This document shows, one piece after another, positions 1 to 14,055 of a DNA stretch of 64,000 nucleotides (within the stretch, counting starts at the first letter, position 1; every line of letters starts with the position of its first letter). Both the position numbers and the translations under genes were made by a program. Origin of the DNA: Octopus vulgaris. Taxonomy: Eukaryota. Where the stretch lies: positions 14,074,001 to 14,138,000 of the forward strand of contig OX597836.1 in the NCBI GenBank assembly GCA_951406725.2. Direction: 5' to 3'. The notes below the pieces were generated by a model. That model was given only the letters and a program-made list of their open reading frames with translations. It searched no databases and was not told the origin of the DNA.

Positions 1-947
1 GTTGTGTTGGCAGTGGTGATAGTGGTTGTGTCGGTGGTAGTACTGATGGTTGTGTTGGTGGTGGTAGTAGTAGTAGTGGTGGTGGTGGTACTGATGGTTG
101 TGCTGGTGGTGGTAGTAGTGGTACTGATGGCTGTGGCAATATTAGTTGTGGTCCTGTTTCATTGGTGAGACAACTGGCAGAGGCAACGGTGAAAGGTGAG
201 GGAATTTGGGGTGGTTGAGGGGAGGGGCCCAGCAGCAGAGGTGTTCTCTCTGGCATCTATAGTGTCAACAGTTAACTACGACATCAACTACAACGATGGT
301 AGTGGTAGTAGTGCTGGTGGTGGTATTAAAGGAAAAAGAGGAAAAAGCACTGTTGTTGCTAGTGGCATTGTCAGAGTAATCAAGCCTACCCACCCATCGT
401 ACCCCAGCTTGCACCCTCCCCACCTGGTATATCTATTACAATATATAACAGATATAAAATAGATGTCATTTGAAGAAAGGAAGCACTTCAACACCGTAGT
501 AGGCCGTGTAGTACTTTGCCAGTACTTTCTCTGCTCTCTTCGTGGGTGGTCATTAGGACTTTTTATAGGTGATGCAGAAGCGGGATGGGTGGGGAGCGGT
601 GGGGGAATCTGCTGTCATCAGATCCGAAACATGGACAAGGGGCTAGCTAGTTGTTGTATGGGAGGAGGGTTTATGTGGATAGGGGGCACCCACCCCCATT
701 TCTAACATTGGAAGAGTGGAATGAGGTGTTGAGATATAAGGGCCAGTGAAATTCCAGAGATCCCTGAACAACCAGATTTAGACAATGCAAGGAAAAAGTT
801 TAAAAGTTTAAGGAGACAAAGGAAGGGGGCAGGATTTTCATTGCTACATCAATTCTTTATCCAGAAACTTCTTCACCTCCATTATCTGGTGCTGGTAGTT
901 GTTTAGCCCAAAGATGATCCTTATTGAACAGAACTATTATCAAAACG

Positions 948-1304
948 CCGCCGCCGTGGTGATCTCATTCTTGCTCACAACATCATAAGCGGAAAGTGTA
1001 ACCTCTTGAAAGAGCTGTTCTTCACTCCTGCTCCAGAGCGTCGGCAGCAGGGTCACTCTGAAAAGCTCTATCTGCGACGATTTCATCTTAATCGAAGGAG
1101 AGGGGCTTTCTCCATCCGGGTTGCGGATCCGTGGAATAAGCTGCCGGATGAGATAGTGAAGATGCCGACGACCGCTGGGTTCAAAGTCTCTCTTGACCAG
1201 AAATGGCCTGAACTCTTTGCATGAACACCCTCCCTGTACATAACTCCATGTCCCCCTACTTGGCCTTGCTTTTTGTTTTTTGAGCCAAAAAAACTAACTT
1301 AACT
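948..1304 (+). mobile_element. CR1/L2-clade LINE 3' fragment
   Basis: RRRRGDLILAHNII...GHSEKL...RRGAFSIRVADPWNKLP...FKVSLD is the conserved CR1-type ORF2 C-terminus. It is followed by a short 3'UTR and an aactt-type tail. Confidence 0.85.
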
Positions 1305-1459
1305 TAAAAGTGCTCCAACGGTGACCATCCCAGCTTAGAAACAGGTTCGGTTTGGCAGCAGGAAGAACATCCCATCCGGCCATAGGAAAAACTACCTCAA
1401 TTAACTGCATTTGCTTAACATAAGCAAGGGAAAGTGGACATTAAAATGTTGATGATGAT

Positions 1460-1808
1460 ACCAACTGTGATACCAGTGCCAATGGCATGTGAGAAAACCA
1501 TCCGAACGTGGCTGTTGCCAGTGCTGCCTCGTCTGGGCCCCATGCCGGTGGCACATAAAAAGCACCATCCGATCATGGCCGTTTGCCAGCCTCCCCTGGC
1601 ACCTGTGCCGGAGGCACGTAAAAAGCACCCACTACACTCACGGAGTGGTTGGCGTTAGGAAGGGCATCCAGCCGTAGAAACACTGCCAGATCAGACAGGG
1701 CCTGGCACAGCCTTCTGGCTTCCCAGACCCCAGTTGAACCGTCCAACCCATGCTAGCATGGAAAGCGGACGTCAAACGATGATGATGATGATGATGATGA
1801 TGGTGATG
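1460..1808 (+). mobile_element. SINE family 3 (gttggcgttaggaagggcatcc domain, (GAT)n tail)
   Basis: Homologous copies lie at about 8657-8870, 12850-13105, 36019-36280(-), 54165-54587 and 63358-63569. The 3' end ...ggacgttaaacgatgatgat is typical of RTE-mobilised elements. Confidence 0.8.
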
Positions 1809-3288
1809 TGGATCACTGTCAAACAAGCAGAGTCCTTTTGTTTCCAGTCTTCTGCAGAAGCATGGCCAACCATGGGAAAGCATTTACTTGCTTGGAAACA
1901 ATTGAGGGTTGGTGACAGAAGGGACATCCCATCCAGCCATGGAGAGAGCTGCCTTGATGAATTCCATTTACTCCATGTAAGAGCATGGAAAAGCAAATAT
2001 TAAGATAGTGGTGGTGGTGGTGGTGGTAGTGGTTGCAGTTGTAGTAGTGATTGTAATAAAGTGTTCCAAAAATATATATGTAAATATATGTTTATTATTA
2101 TAGGAACTAATCCAATACTTAAAGAAATATTACAAAAATGTAGTGTGGCATGTAGCATAAAAGAGAAAAAAAATTAAGCTCAAATACCAGACTACAATTA
2201 TTATTATTATTATTATTATTTCTTTTACACCAGGCAAAGGGCCAACTCTTTTGAAGAGCAAAAGAAATACAGTCAGTTAATAGAATCAGCCCAAATATAC
2301 CATTCCTTGTACAAGATTTATTGATTCCAACAGAAGGATGAAGGACAAAGTTACCTTGGTTACCCTGGCAAGATTAGATCTTGGAACAAGAGAGAGAGAG
2401 AGAGAGGGGGGGGGGCTAAATACTTTAAATTCTTTAGTCTAGCACTGTACCATTTCTGTTAGTTTGCTTCCAAACAACGTGTAAACGAGGGAGCCTCTCT
2501 GCAGTTGCTCAACCAACTAGAAATAGCAGGCAAATCACCCTCAAATTACACCCTACCATCTGAAGAAAATGAAGAACTGAACCCATGAGGGAGCTTCTAA
2601 AATCAAAATCAAATCTCATTGTGTTATCTTAATCCTTTTGATACCAATTTGTCTCAGACCGTCCCTGGGTTTATGACACAGGTTTCTTGTAGTATTTAGT
2701 CTTCTAGAATTTAAACCGGGTACAACCAGCCCAAATATTTTACTTCTTTTATGTTCAAACCATCCAGGTCTAGCTTCTTGCACCTACCCTACAATGTTTT
2801 TTCTAAAAATAAACAATCACATCATAGGGGTCTCGATTCTATGAGAGAAGCGTCACATTTGTCAGAATAACCTGAATGCCCTGTATACTTGTTTTGTGCT
2901 CAGACTGGCCACATCCAACCTCTCACACTTACCCTACAATGTCATTCTAAAATCATACAATCACATGATGATGATGGTGGTGACGTTGATGGTGATAGTG
3001 GTTGTAATGTTAATGTTGTTAATGATGATTGTGCGTGTGTGTGTGAGTTGGAGTGGGGTGTGATCGTGATGGAGGACAGAAAAATTTGTTGCATCTAAAG
3101 AAAATAACTTCTGGTATTTCCATTTCTCTTTGCTTCCCGCCCTTTACACACACTCAAAAAATAAAATAAGGTGTCTGTCACTTGACATCCTCTGCTAAAA
3201 TACCAGCCAAGGTTCCTTCAAGATGGTACCCTACCATAGTGTGGGTGCTCTGCATAGACTGACACCGTTGAAAAAAAAAAAACATTAA

Positions 3289-3509
3289 CCCTCTAGCATT
3301 TAAACCGGCCATATCCGACCAAAAGTATTCTGCCTGTTTTATGTTCAAACTGGCCAGATCTGGTCTCTCACACCAATCCTACAATATCTTTTTAAAAATT
3401 AACAGCTACCTCATCAGAATCTCATAGCTCCAAGATAATGCATGATTTGTTCAAAGCAATGTGGATGAAAAAGCATTAATTTTGGCAGAATAGTACGAAC
3501 ACCAAAGGG
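3289..3509. mobile_element. piggyBac-type MITE, family A
   Basis: TTAA|CCCT...AGGG|TTAA, about 220 bp, homologous to other copies in the window. Confidence 0.75.
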
Positions 3510-3601
3510 TTAAAAGCCAGATTCTTCACAAAACAGAAGAAAAAAGCAAAAAGCAAAAGATGACAAAACAAAACTGAGAAAAAAAAAAATGACGGACTTA
3601 C

Positions 3602-3673
3602 CATTGGCCGGTCTGTTTTGTTCCGGTGAAGGATGAACTACACTGACGTCAGAGGTCGGAGGTGAGGATGCAA
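3602..3673 (-). CDS. Probable downstream coding exon of the same p85-like gene (Pro/Ser-rich linker, ASSPPTSDVSVVHPSPEQNRPAN)
   Basis: Acceptor tctgtttgcAG, strong donor AATG|GTAAGT, 72 nt, phase 1-1. The frame is open and joins the SH3 exon as ...RPCTE-I-ASSPP.... It is unique sequence within repeat DNA. Confidence 0.7.
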
Positions 3674-3971
3674 CTGCAAACAGATTATGGTAAGAAGCTA
3701 TAAGACAGGTCAGCTGTTAGCTCAAATTGACATTGGGAAGCAAGAGAATAGTTCAGAAGGATGGAGAAAGGCCTTATTTTATAGGAGGAGGAAACGTCTT
3801 TTTTTATTTCAGAATGGAGGGGGAAGAATTAGGGAAAAAAAGAAACAAGAAAAGATAAGGGGGAGGGCTGTATTCATTAACCCTTCAGTATTTAATCCAG
3901 CCATATCCAGCCCAAATATTCTACCTGTTTCATGTTAAACTTGATCAAATCCAATGTCTTAAACCTATCCT

Positions 3972-4275
3972 CATCATCATTGTTCGACCGTGGTCGAGAC
4001 AATGGAATTTACCATGCTACGCCAGACTTCACGGTCCATCATGGCATTACGGAGGTCTTGTTACTGGATGCCTGTATCCCTGGAGATTACATCAGGGTAG
4101 GAGAGTGTGCGCCCTCTGGCACTGTGAGTAGATGGCTTCCAGAGGAGAAGAGTAGAAATTACCTCGTTTTCAGCTCTACAACAATGTCCAGCAAACTGGA
4201 CTCTCCTACCTTTCACAAGAGATGACACAGGTGGTAGTTTCCCATATATTTGCATATATTCATCTTAGCCAAAAG
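3972..4275 (-). mobile_element. RTE-clade LINE 3' fragment (defective)
   Basis: IYGKLPPVSSLVKGRRVQFAGHCCR...LLLWKP...GRTLSYPDVISRDTG, then an in-frame stop, then DLRNAMMDREVW, ending in a (TGA)n tail. Confidence 0.8.
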
Positions 4276-4281
4276 GATAAG

Positions 4282-4514
4282 AAGGCAGCGAGCTGGCAGA
4301 AATGTTAGCATGCCGGGCGAAATTCTTAGTGGTATTTCATCTGTAGTTACGTTCTGAGCTCAAATTCCACCGAGGTCGACTTTGCCTTTCATACTTTCGA
4401 GGTTGATAAATTAAGTACTAGTTATGCACTGGGGTCAATGTAATCGACTTAATACCTTTGTCTGTCCTTGTTTGTCCCCTCTATGTTTAGCCCCTTGTGG
4501 GCAATAAAGAAATA
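4282..4514 (+). mobile_element. SINE family 2
   Basis: Homologous to 20801-21032. Confidence 0.8.
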
Positions 4515-4640
4515 AAAAAATCTGAATGTTAAAGGGTTAAGAAACTTTCTTCCCAACTATACGAACTTGGGTCCAATCTTACTGTATGGTGCCTTGGGAT
4601 TATGGCTTCTACTACAGCCTTGGGCTAATCAAAGCAGAGT

Positions 4641-4698
<58 letters not shown>

Positions 4699-5820
4699 AT
4701 TCTAGACTCGAAATTGTGTGATAGTTGTAAACAAGAGGGCACCATCCTACAACCGATGGCATTCATTTCCAGTTTTCTGTGAAAAACATGTCTAGCAAGG
4801 GGGTAAATATGACCTTAGTTTAAGGCATGAAGCTGGCAGAATTGTTAACACACTAGACAAAATGCTCAGCAGCATTTCATCCAATCTTTACGTTCTGAGT
4901 TCAAATTCTGCTGAGGTCAACTTTGCCTTTTATCTTTACAGGATCAACGAAATAACTAATTGGTTCCCCTGGATTAAAGTACCAGGCTCACAATCAAGAT
5001 TTAGTGAACTTGATGCCTGGACTGGGCTGTGTTGTGTTCTTAAGCAAGATACTTTATTTCACGTTGCTCCAGTTCACTCATCTGTAGAAATGAGTTGCAA
5101 CATCACTGGTGCCAAGTTGTATCAGCCTTTGCCTTTCCCTTGGGTAACATCGGTGGCATGGAGAGGGGAGGCTGGTATGCATGGACAAGCACTGGTTGTC
5201 CGTAAACAACTTTGCCCAGATTTGTGCTCTGGAGAGGAACTTTCTAGGTGCTATCCCAAGGTCGTTTATGACCAAAGGGAATCTTTACCCGTTATGTTCT
5301 GAGTTCAGATTCTGCTGAGGTCGGCAGAAACGTTAGCACGCCGGGTAAAATGCTTAGCGGTATTTCATCTGCTGCTACGTTCTGAGTTCAAATTCCGCCG
5401 AGGTCGACTTTGCCTTTCATCTTTTCGGGGTTGATTAAATAAGTACTAGTTATACACCGGGGTTGATATAATCGACTTAATCCGTTTGCCTGTCCTTGTT
5501 TGTCCTCTCTGTGTTTAGCCCCTTGTGGGTAGTAAAGAAATAGGAGTTAATAAAATAAGTACCAGTTGAACACCCGGGGTTGATATAACTGACTTGTCCC
5601 TCCTCCCCAAATCTGCTGGGTTTGTGGCCAAAATTTGAAACCCATATTATGCTCATTATTTGCTTAAAGGAAGAAATCAAAGACAAAAATCCATTATCAT
5701 TGCCATGTCCACACACAAACACTACAACAATAGCGGAGACGGGGACAGGAAACATGTCACTCAACTTTGACCTTCCTTTAGATTAAATGGTTGGTGGAAA
5801 TGTGTGCAGAGGAAAGAAGG

Positions 5821-6155
5821 TGGTGGAGAGGGTGCTGGGTGGAGAGGGTGCTGGGTGGAGAGGGTGCTGGGTGGAGAGGGTGCTGGGTGGAGAGGGTGCT
5901 GGGTGGAGAGGGTGCTGGGTGGAGAGGGTGCTGGGTGGAGAGGGTGCTGGGTGGAGAGGGTGCTGGGTGGAGAGGGTGCTGGGTGGAGAGGGTGCTGGGT
6001 GGAGAGGGTGCTGGGTGGAGAGGGTGCTGGGTGGAGAGGGTGCTGGGTGGAGAGGGTGCTGGGTGGAGAGGGTGCTGGGTGGAGAGGGTGCTGGGTGGAG
6101 AGGGTGCTGGGTGGAGAGGGTGCTGGGTGGAGAGGGTGCTGGGTGGAGAGGGTGC
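5821..6155 (+). repeat. 16-bp G-rich minisatellite (GGGTGCTGGGTGGAGA) x about 21
   Basis: Essentially perfect tandem array, read directly. Confidence 0.97.
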
Positions 6156-6229
6156 CAGTAATGAAGATAGTATCATTGCTTATCTTATCTTAGAGTTGAA
6201 GCTATTTATATCGCCTTATCTATCTATAT

Positions 6230-6755
<526 letters not shown>

Positions 6756-6874
6756 TGCTTCTTTCCAAATAGTTTCCTTTGATTTTCAAGGACAACTTCA
6801 GCAACCAGTACTGTCTCCTCTACCTGAGTCACTATCTCACCTCCAACTCCTCAAAACACAAACACACATGCATG

Positions 6875-6920
<46 letters not shown>

Positions 6921-7615
6921 CAAGCACATTCGTCGCACACAGCTCATCTCCGGGGGGGGGGTTTAATCAGCAATGAAAATAGACACTGGCCAAGCAAAGG
7001 CCGACCCGACTGCTAGCTACAAAGGAATCCGTTTCAGGTCAAAATTACACCCTCAAACAGGCAATTTAAATTTATATTTAAACCCTTCTGGCTCTCTTAA
7101 TCCAGCCACCCCACTACCACACCCTTTCCCTGTTTCTCTTTCTCTCTAACTCTTCTTTTTACCACTCATGCTCACTGTAAGAGAGAGAGAGGAAGAAAGA
7201 AAATTTTCCTCTTTCTCTCCTACAGCTATTAATTCTTCTTCCATGTTCTTCTTCTTTGGTCACTTAACAGTCTCACTCACACCAACTCTGCACACATTCA
7301 CAACCAGGTGACCGGTGGTCATTACATAAATACCCCCCTTCAGAAAGAAAGGCGATAGCCAAAAAAAAGCTACAGCCTCACAGGTGGACACTATTACACA
7401 CACACATCTTTTTACCTTTTGATTTTTACTGGTTTCAGTCATTAGACTGCAGCCATGAAGAATTTTTAGCCGACTGAATCAACTCCAATACAGTAAACCC
7501 TCGTCTATCGCAGGTGTTACATTCCAGCCCCCCCCCCCCATGATAGGTGAAAATCCACAAAGTAAAAACAGTACTGTACTGTATATTTTATTTATTATTT
7601 TTATAATTTGTATAT

Positions 7616-7781
7616 GCAGGAGTGGCTGTGTGGTAAGTAGCTTGCTAACCAACCACATGGTTCCGGGTTCAGTCCCACTGCGTGGCATCATGGGCAAGTG
7701 TCTTCTGCTATAGCCCCAGGCCGACCAATGCCTTGTGAGTGGATTTGGTAGACGGAAACTGAAAGGAGCCTGTCGTATATA

Positions 7782-7845
<64 letters not shown>

Positions 7846-8070
7846 CGTGTGTATATGTTTGTGTGTCCGTGTTTGTCTCCCTAGCATTGCTTGACAACCG
7901 ATGCTGGTGTGTTTACGTCCCCGTCACTTAGCGGTTCGGCAAAAGAGACCGATAGAATAAGTACTGGGCTTACAAAGAATAAGTCCTGAGAGGTCGATTT
8001 GCTCGACTAAATGCGGTGCTCCAGCATGGCCGCAGTCAAATGACGGAAACAAGTAAAAGAGAAAAGAGAG
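7616..8070 (+). mobile_element. tRNA-derived CORE-type SINE, family 1 (octopus OR-like), full length
   Basis: A box TGGCTGTGTGG, B box GGTTCAGTCCC, core motif tgggcaagtgtc, internal (TA)n, tail gaaacaagtaaaaga. About 20 copies or fragments occur in the window. Confidence 0.85.
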
Positions 8071-8269
8071 AATTTATTTTATTATAAATGCAAAACGTCA
8101 CCACAGAGGAACTGACATAAGCTTAAATAATAAACTGCAATATGGCGAGGAATTACTGTACTTGATCTGTGTTAAGCCAGGTACTTATTCTATTGGTCTC
8201 TTTTGCTGAACTTCTATGTTACAGGGTCTTAAACATGCCCATGCTGGTTGTCAAGCTGTGATGGGGACA

Positions 8270-8636
8270 TGGCTGTGTGATAAGTAGCTTGCTTACCAAC
8301 CACATGGTTCCGGGTTCAGGCCCACAGCATGGCACCTTGGGCAAGTGTCTTCTACCAAAGCCTTGCGAGTGGATTTAATAGACGGAAACTGAAAGAAGCC
8401 CGTCATATATATATATATATATATATATATGCGTATGTGTGTGTATATGTTTGTCCCCTCAACATCGCTTGACAACCGATGCTGGTGTGTTTACATCCCT
8501 GTAACTTAGCGGTTCGGCAAAAGAGACTGATAAAATAAGTACTAGGCTTACAAAGAATAAGTCCTAGGGTTGGTTTGCTCGACTAAAGGCGGTGCTCCAG
8601 TATGGCCACAGTCAAATGACAAACAAGTAAAAGAGT
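8270..8636 (+). mobile_element. SINE family 1
   Basis: Homologous to 7616-8070. Confidence 0.8.
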
Positions 8637-8928
8637 ATAATAATACATATATTAATCGCCAGCTCTGTCTGGCACCAGTGCGGGTGGCACGTAAAAAGCA
8701 CCCACTACACTCACGGAGTGGTTGGCGTTAGGAAGGGCATCCAGCCGTAGAAACACTGCCAGATTTGACTGGGCCTGATGAAGCCTTCTGGCTTCACAGA
8801 CCCCAGTAGAACCGTCCAACCCATGCTAGCATGGAAAACGGACGCTAAACGATGATGATGATGATGATGATTAATAATGGTAAAATGACAACAGAAGAAT
8901 GAGACCTCAATATTATGTAAATAGAAGA

Positions 8929-9015
<87 letters not shown>

Positions 9016-9238
9016 TTACTAAAAAAACAAAAGATGAAGACAGGTGGTGTATAAAACAAACAGATGTATTAGTATAACGCTCAGGAATAGAAAAAGTCTT
9101 TTACGTTTCGAGCCTACGCTCTTCTACAGAAAGGGACACAGAGAAACAAGGAGAGAAAAAAAAAAGGAGAGAAGAAAAAAGAGAGAAAAAAACAAGGAGA
9201 GAAAAAAATGTGTGTAGTGGCTAACGATCTATCATGGC

Positions 9239-9290
<52 letters not shown>

Positions 9291-9866
9291 AAGGCAATCA
9301 GTAAGTTATCATAATAGGACTCAGAGTTTCAAATGCTGGACTAAAAGCTTCGAGGCATTTCCATTGGCTATTTGGACGATAGATGCTATGATAAAACCGT
9401 CCAAATAGCCAATGAAAATGCATCAAAGCTTTTAGCTCTGGCATTTGAAACTCTGAGTTCTATTATGACAACTTACTAATTGTCCTATACTATATATATA
9501 TATATATATACATACATACATACATACATACACACACATATATACATGCATGTATGGGTACAGGACATCACCAACAGTGCAAATAACAAGAAATACATAA
9601 AGAATCAAGTAAAATATGTAGTCAACAAGGAAAAATGGAAAACAGGACAAGTAAACACAGAGAAAGGACCCTTCATCAGTTGTCGGTTGTCTATTTCTTC
9701 TCCTTGTTTACATATTTAACTCGTTTGTTTGTGTATTTCTTGTTATTTGCACAGTTGGTGACATCCTGTACCCATATATGCATGTATATATATATATATA
9801 TATATATATTGTTCATTATTTGTCATTTAACTGAACGTGACGCATCCATTTCCAAGTATATATATA

Positions 9867-10134
9867 GGAAAGGGGTTAGACCTGCGAGGAAAGGTGCTAG
9901 ATCTGCGAGGAAAGGGGCTAGACCTGCGATGAAAGGGGCTAGACTTGCAAGAAAAGGGCTAGATCTGCAAGGAAAGGGGTTAGACCTGCAAGGATAGGGG
10001 TTAGATCTGCGAGGAAAGGGACTAGACCTATGAAGAAAGGGGCTAGACCTGCGAGGAAAGGGGCTAGACCTGCGAGGAAAGGGGCTAGACCTGCGAGGAA
10101 AGGGGCTAGACCTGCGAGGAAAGTGGCTAGATCT
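9867..10134 (+). repeat. 21-bp minisatellite (GAAAGGGGCTAGACCTGCGAG) x about 12
   Basis: Read directly; gives a 7-aa periodicity in translation. Confidence 0.92.
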
Positions 10135-11102
10135 AGTGGTTCGGCAAAAAGGGTCTAATAGAATAAGTTTAAAAACAAGTACTAGGATCAATTCATTCAA
10201 CTAAAATCTTCCAAGGCGGTGCTCCAGCATGGCCACAGTCTAATGACTGAAACAAGTAAAAGAAACAATAATAAAAGAACAGACACACTTTTTTAAAAAC
10301 AGACATCAGCATGGTTGTGTGATTAAGAAGTTCCACCAGAAGCCGGCAAGCTGGCACAATCGTTAGTGTGCTAGACAAAAATGCTTAGCAGCATTTCATC
10401 CAATTACTACGTTCTCAGTTCAAATTCTGCCGAGGCCAACTTTGCCTTTTATCCTTTCAGGGTCAATAAATTAAGTACCAGTGAAACACTGGGGTTGATG
10501 TAATTGACTTGTCCCCTCCCCACAAATTTCAGGCATTGTGCCTTTAGTAGAAAGGATTATTATTATTATTATTATTATTATTATGAAGCAATGGCGTTGA
10601 AATTATGAAAGCTGTTGAACATTGATGAAAACAAACAAAGGGGAAATAATCTCCAGGCTACCATACAATTCACCTAGAGTTACGTCCCTTGAGCTAGTAC
10701 GTTACCCAGCAAAATGTGTGAACACGTTTTCTCTGAGATCAGCCTTGATTCAGCCAAACTAGCGAAGAAAATCCAACCATGACCATCCTATTACAATTTC
10801 AAACATAGCATATCTGAGATGACAGTATAAAATGGGTTTTACACTGGGGTCTTTTTTTTTTTTTTGTGGTATGGTAAAATTTAAGGGAGATTTAGTTGCT
10901 GTTTCTAGCAGATTCTGTGTACACATAGTAGTCCAATTCATTGGCTTATGAGTACCATCAGATTTAACATCTACTTTTCCATATTTGCACGAGTTAGACG
11001 GATATTCTAAAGGCAGATATTCTACAGCCAGATGCTCTTCCCGTTGCCAACCCTCACCTATTTCCAAACAAGGTAATAGTTCACTATGACCCTCTCTTTT
11101 TC

Positions 11103-11500
11103 TCTTTTTTACTTGTTTCAGTCATTTTGACTGCGGCCATGCTGGAGCACCGCCTTTAATCGAGCAACTCGGGACTTATTCTTTGTAAGCCCAGTACTTA
11201 TTCTATCGGACCCTTTTGCCGAACCGCTAAGTGACGGGGACGTAAACACACCAGCATTGGTTGTCAAGCAATGCTAGGGGGACAAACACAGACACACAAA
11301 CATATACATACACACATATATATATATATACATATATACGAAAGGCTTCTTTCAGTTTCCGTCTACCAAATCCACTCACAAGGCTTTGGTCGGCCCGAGG
11401 CTATAGTAAAAGACACTTGCCAAGGTGCCACGTAGTGGGACTGAACCCGGAACCATGTGGTTGGTAAACAAGCTACTTACCACACAGCCACTCCTGCGCC
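11103..11500 (-). mobile_element. SINE family 1, full length
   Basis: Reverse complement of 7616-8070. Confidence 0.85.
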
Positions 11501-12138
11501 TACATGACTGGACATGATTTTTAAAGAAATAGGAAATGAACGACACCACTTGTATAACAGTGACACTCGTTTACAACAATCAAATAATGTCAAAACGAAA
11601 AGGCACGAAAACACACTCCCATGGTAAGAAAGCTTTCTTCCCAACCACATGGTTCCAGGTTCAGTCCCACTGCATGGCACTTTGGGCAAGTGTCTTCTTC
11701 TATATCCTTGTGCCAACCAAAACCTTGTGAGTGGATTTCATAGACGGAAACCGAAAAAGACTGTCATGTATATGTGTGTGTGTGTGCGCCTGTCCTCCAA
11801 CACTGCTTGACAACTGGTGTTGGTTTATGTCCACATAACTTAGCTGCTCAGCAAAAGAGATGGATAAATTAAGTGCCTGGCTTAAAATGAATAAGCCACA
11901 GCCTAAATTCATCCAGCTAAAAATTCTTCAAGGTCCTACCTAAGCATGGCAGCAGTCTAATGACTGAAACAAGTAAAGGATGGTGTGGCTGTGTGGTAAA
12001 AAGCTTGCTTTGCAACCACATGGTTCTGGGGTTCAGTCCCATTGCATGGCACCTTGGGCAAGTGTCTTCTACCATAGCCTCAGGCCGACCAAAGCCTTGT
12101 GAGTTAATTTGGTAGATGGAAACGGAAAAAAGCCCATC

Positions 12139-12188
<50 letters not shown>

Positions 12189-12331
12189 CAGAGTAAATAC
12201 ATAAATGTGAAACAAGGTGGAAAAAAGAGTACTCAAATACCAGGGGTAGAGTTAACAAAAACTGTCCAACGAATGGGAACATGAAACTAAGACTAACAGG
12301 TTTTGTTGAATTTCTGCTGCTTTTAAATAAA

Positions 12332-12370
<39 letters not shown>

Positions 12371-12849
12371 TTTATTTATGCGTGTGTGTGTGTGTCTGTC
12401 CATCTGCCATTGTTTGACAACCATGTTCCCGTAAATTAGTGATTCAACAAAAGAGACTGATTGAATAAGTACTAGGCTTACAAAGAATAAGTCCTGGTGT
12501 CAATTTCTTTGACTAAAACCCTTTAGAATGGTGCTCTAGCAAGGCCACAATTAAGTTACTGAAACAAGTAAAAGAACAATATATATATATATATATAAAT
12601 TTTTTTTGTAATGAGATAAAAAACCAAGGGTGTGTAGATTTTAGAACATTTATAGATATAAATGTTCTAAAATCTACACAGTCTTGGATTTTTTATCTGA
12701 TTACGAAAAAAATTTTTGTATACACATGCTGACAAATGACCAACGTTGAACCCCTTATTCGCATTATCACTGAACTACGGTCCATCTATAGCACTTATTC
12801 AGCATTCCCTGACACCTTTGGGTCCCAATGACACCATTACCTCTCATAA

Positions 12850-13105
12850 CATGGCATGTAAAAAGCACCATCCGATCATGGCCGTTTGCCAGCCTCGTCT
12901 GGCACCTGTGCCGGTGGTACGTAAAAAGCACCCACTACACTCACGGAGTGGTTGGCGTTAGGAAGGGCATCCAGCCGTAGAAACATTGCCAGATCAAACT
13001 GGAGCCTGGTGCAGCCTTCTGGCTTCCCAGATCCCCGGTCGAACCGTCCAACCCATGCTAGCATGGAGAACGGACGTTAAACGATGATGATGATGATGAT
13101 GATGA
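12850..13105 (+). mobile_element. SINE family 3, 5'-truncated
   Basis: Closely matches 1550-1800. Confidence 0.8.
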
Positions 13106-13680
13106 TATATGCAACATAATTCTTTAGGTTTCTGTCTACCAAATCCAGTCATGTAGTTTTGGTCAGCTTAGACTGACACTTGCTCAAGATACCATGAAGG
13201 TGAAGTGAACCTGAAAACATGTAGCTAGGAAACAAGCTTCTAAACCACAGAGAGACACTTGCACCATCCATGTTTATGTTTATGTATACATGAACAAAAG
13301 TGTGCATGTATGAGATTGCATGTGTCCATACATATATGCCTGTTGCACATGTGGTGTGCATGGGCTGGTGTGTTTTACACCACTTTCTTTTGACATCATA
13401 TGGTAGTTGTAAACAAATGTCCTTGCCCTACAAGTGGTGTCATGTAGGTTTATATTCTGTGATTGCATTAGCTATGGTCAGTGCTCTCTGTTGCCATTGC
13501 CACTGCCCCAGACAAACAGAAGAAGAAAACCCTCATTGAGTGAAGAACAGCTAAGAGTTAGAAACAAGAAGGACATCCAGCAGGAAAAGCAATTTTTCAA
13601 CAATATATACTGCTGAAAAGTTCCTTGCTTTGGGTAAAAGAAAATACAGGAGGATCAGTTAATTAAGATTTTATTCAACA

Positions 13681-14055
13681 CTAGCAGCATCGCCCGGCGT
13701 TGCTCGGGTTTGTAAGGGAAATAACTATATAAGCATTTTTAGAGAGTTATAGCCAAAAAATAGCAAAAAAATGCATTAAAAATGGGAAAAAAATTATGGT
13801 AAATTTTTTTTTAAATCGTTGACTCATCGTAGACATTTTAGAGAGTTACTTCCCTTATATAATAGCGGAAAAAATGCATTAAAATGGAAAAAGACGTAGA
13901 CTCATCGTAGACGCGCGCTAATACCCAGAAGGGCTCGATATGAATCACGACTATAAGATACCCGGTTTTGGTTAAACTGCACCGCAAAATGTGGGAGTAG
14001 TTAGGAATCTAAATCGTAGGAGACAGACACACAACTTCACTTTTATATATAAAGA
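13681..14055 (-). mobile_element. Non-autonomous Helitron
   Basis: On the minus strand: A|TCTTTATATATAAAAG ... subterminal hairpin CCCGAGCAACGCCGGG ... CTAG|T. It is inserted between A and T with no TSD and interrupts a mariner-like MITE. Confidence 0.85.

Noticed and set aside
7616-7690. tRNA-like A/B-box segments at SINE heads
   Set aside because: No complete cloverleaf, and they are continuous with SINE bodies, so they are not tRNA genes.
11261-11467. Recurring ORFs such as ...SFRLPNPLTRLWSARGYSRRHLPK... suggesting a gene family
   Set aside because: Antisense translations of SINE family 1 copies.
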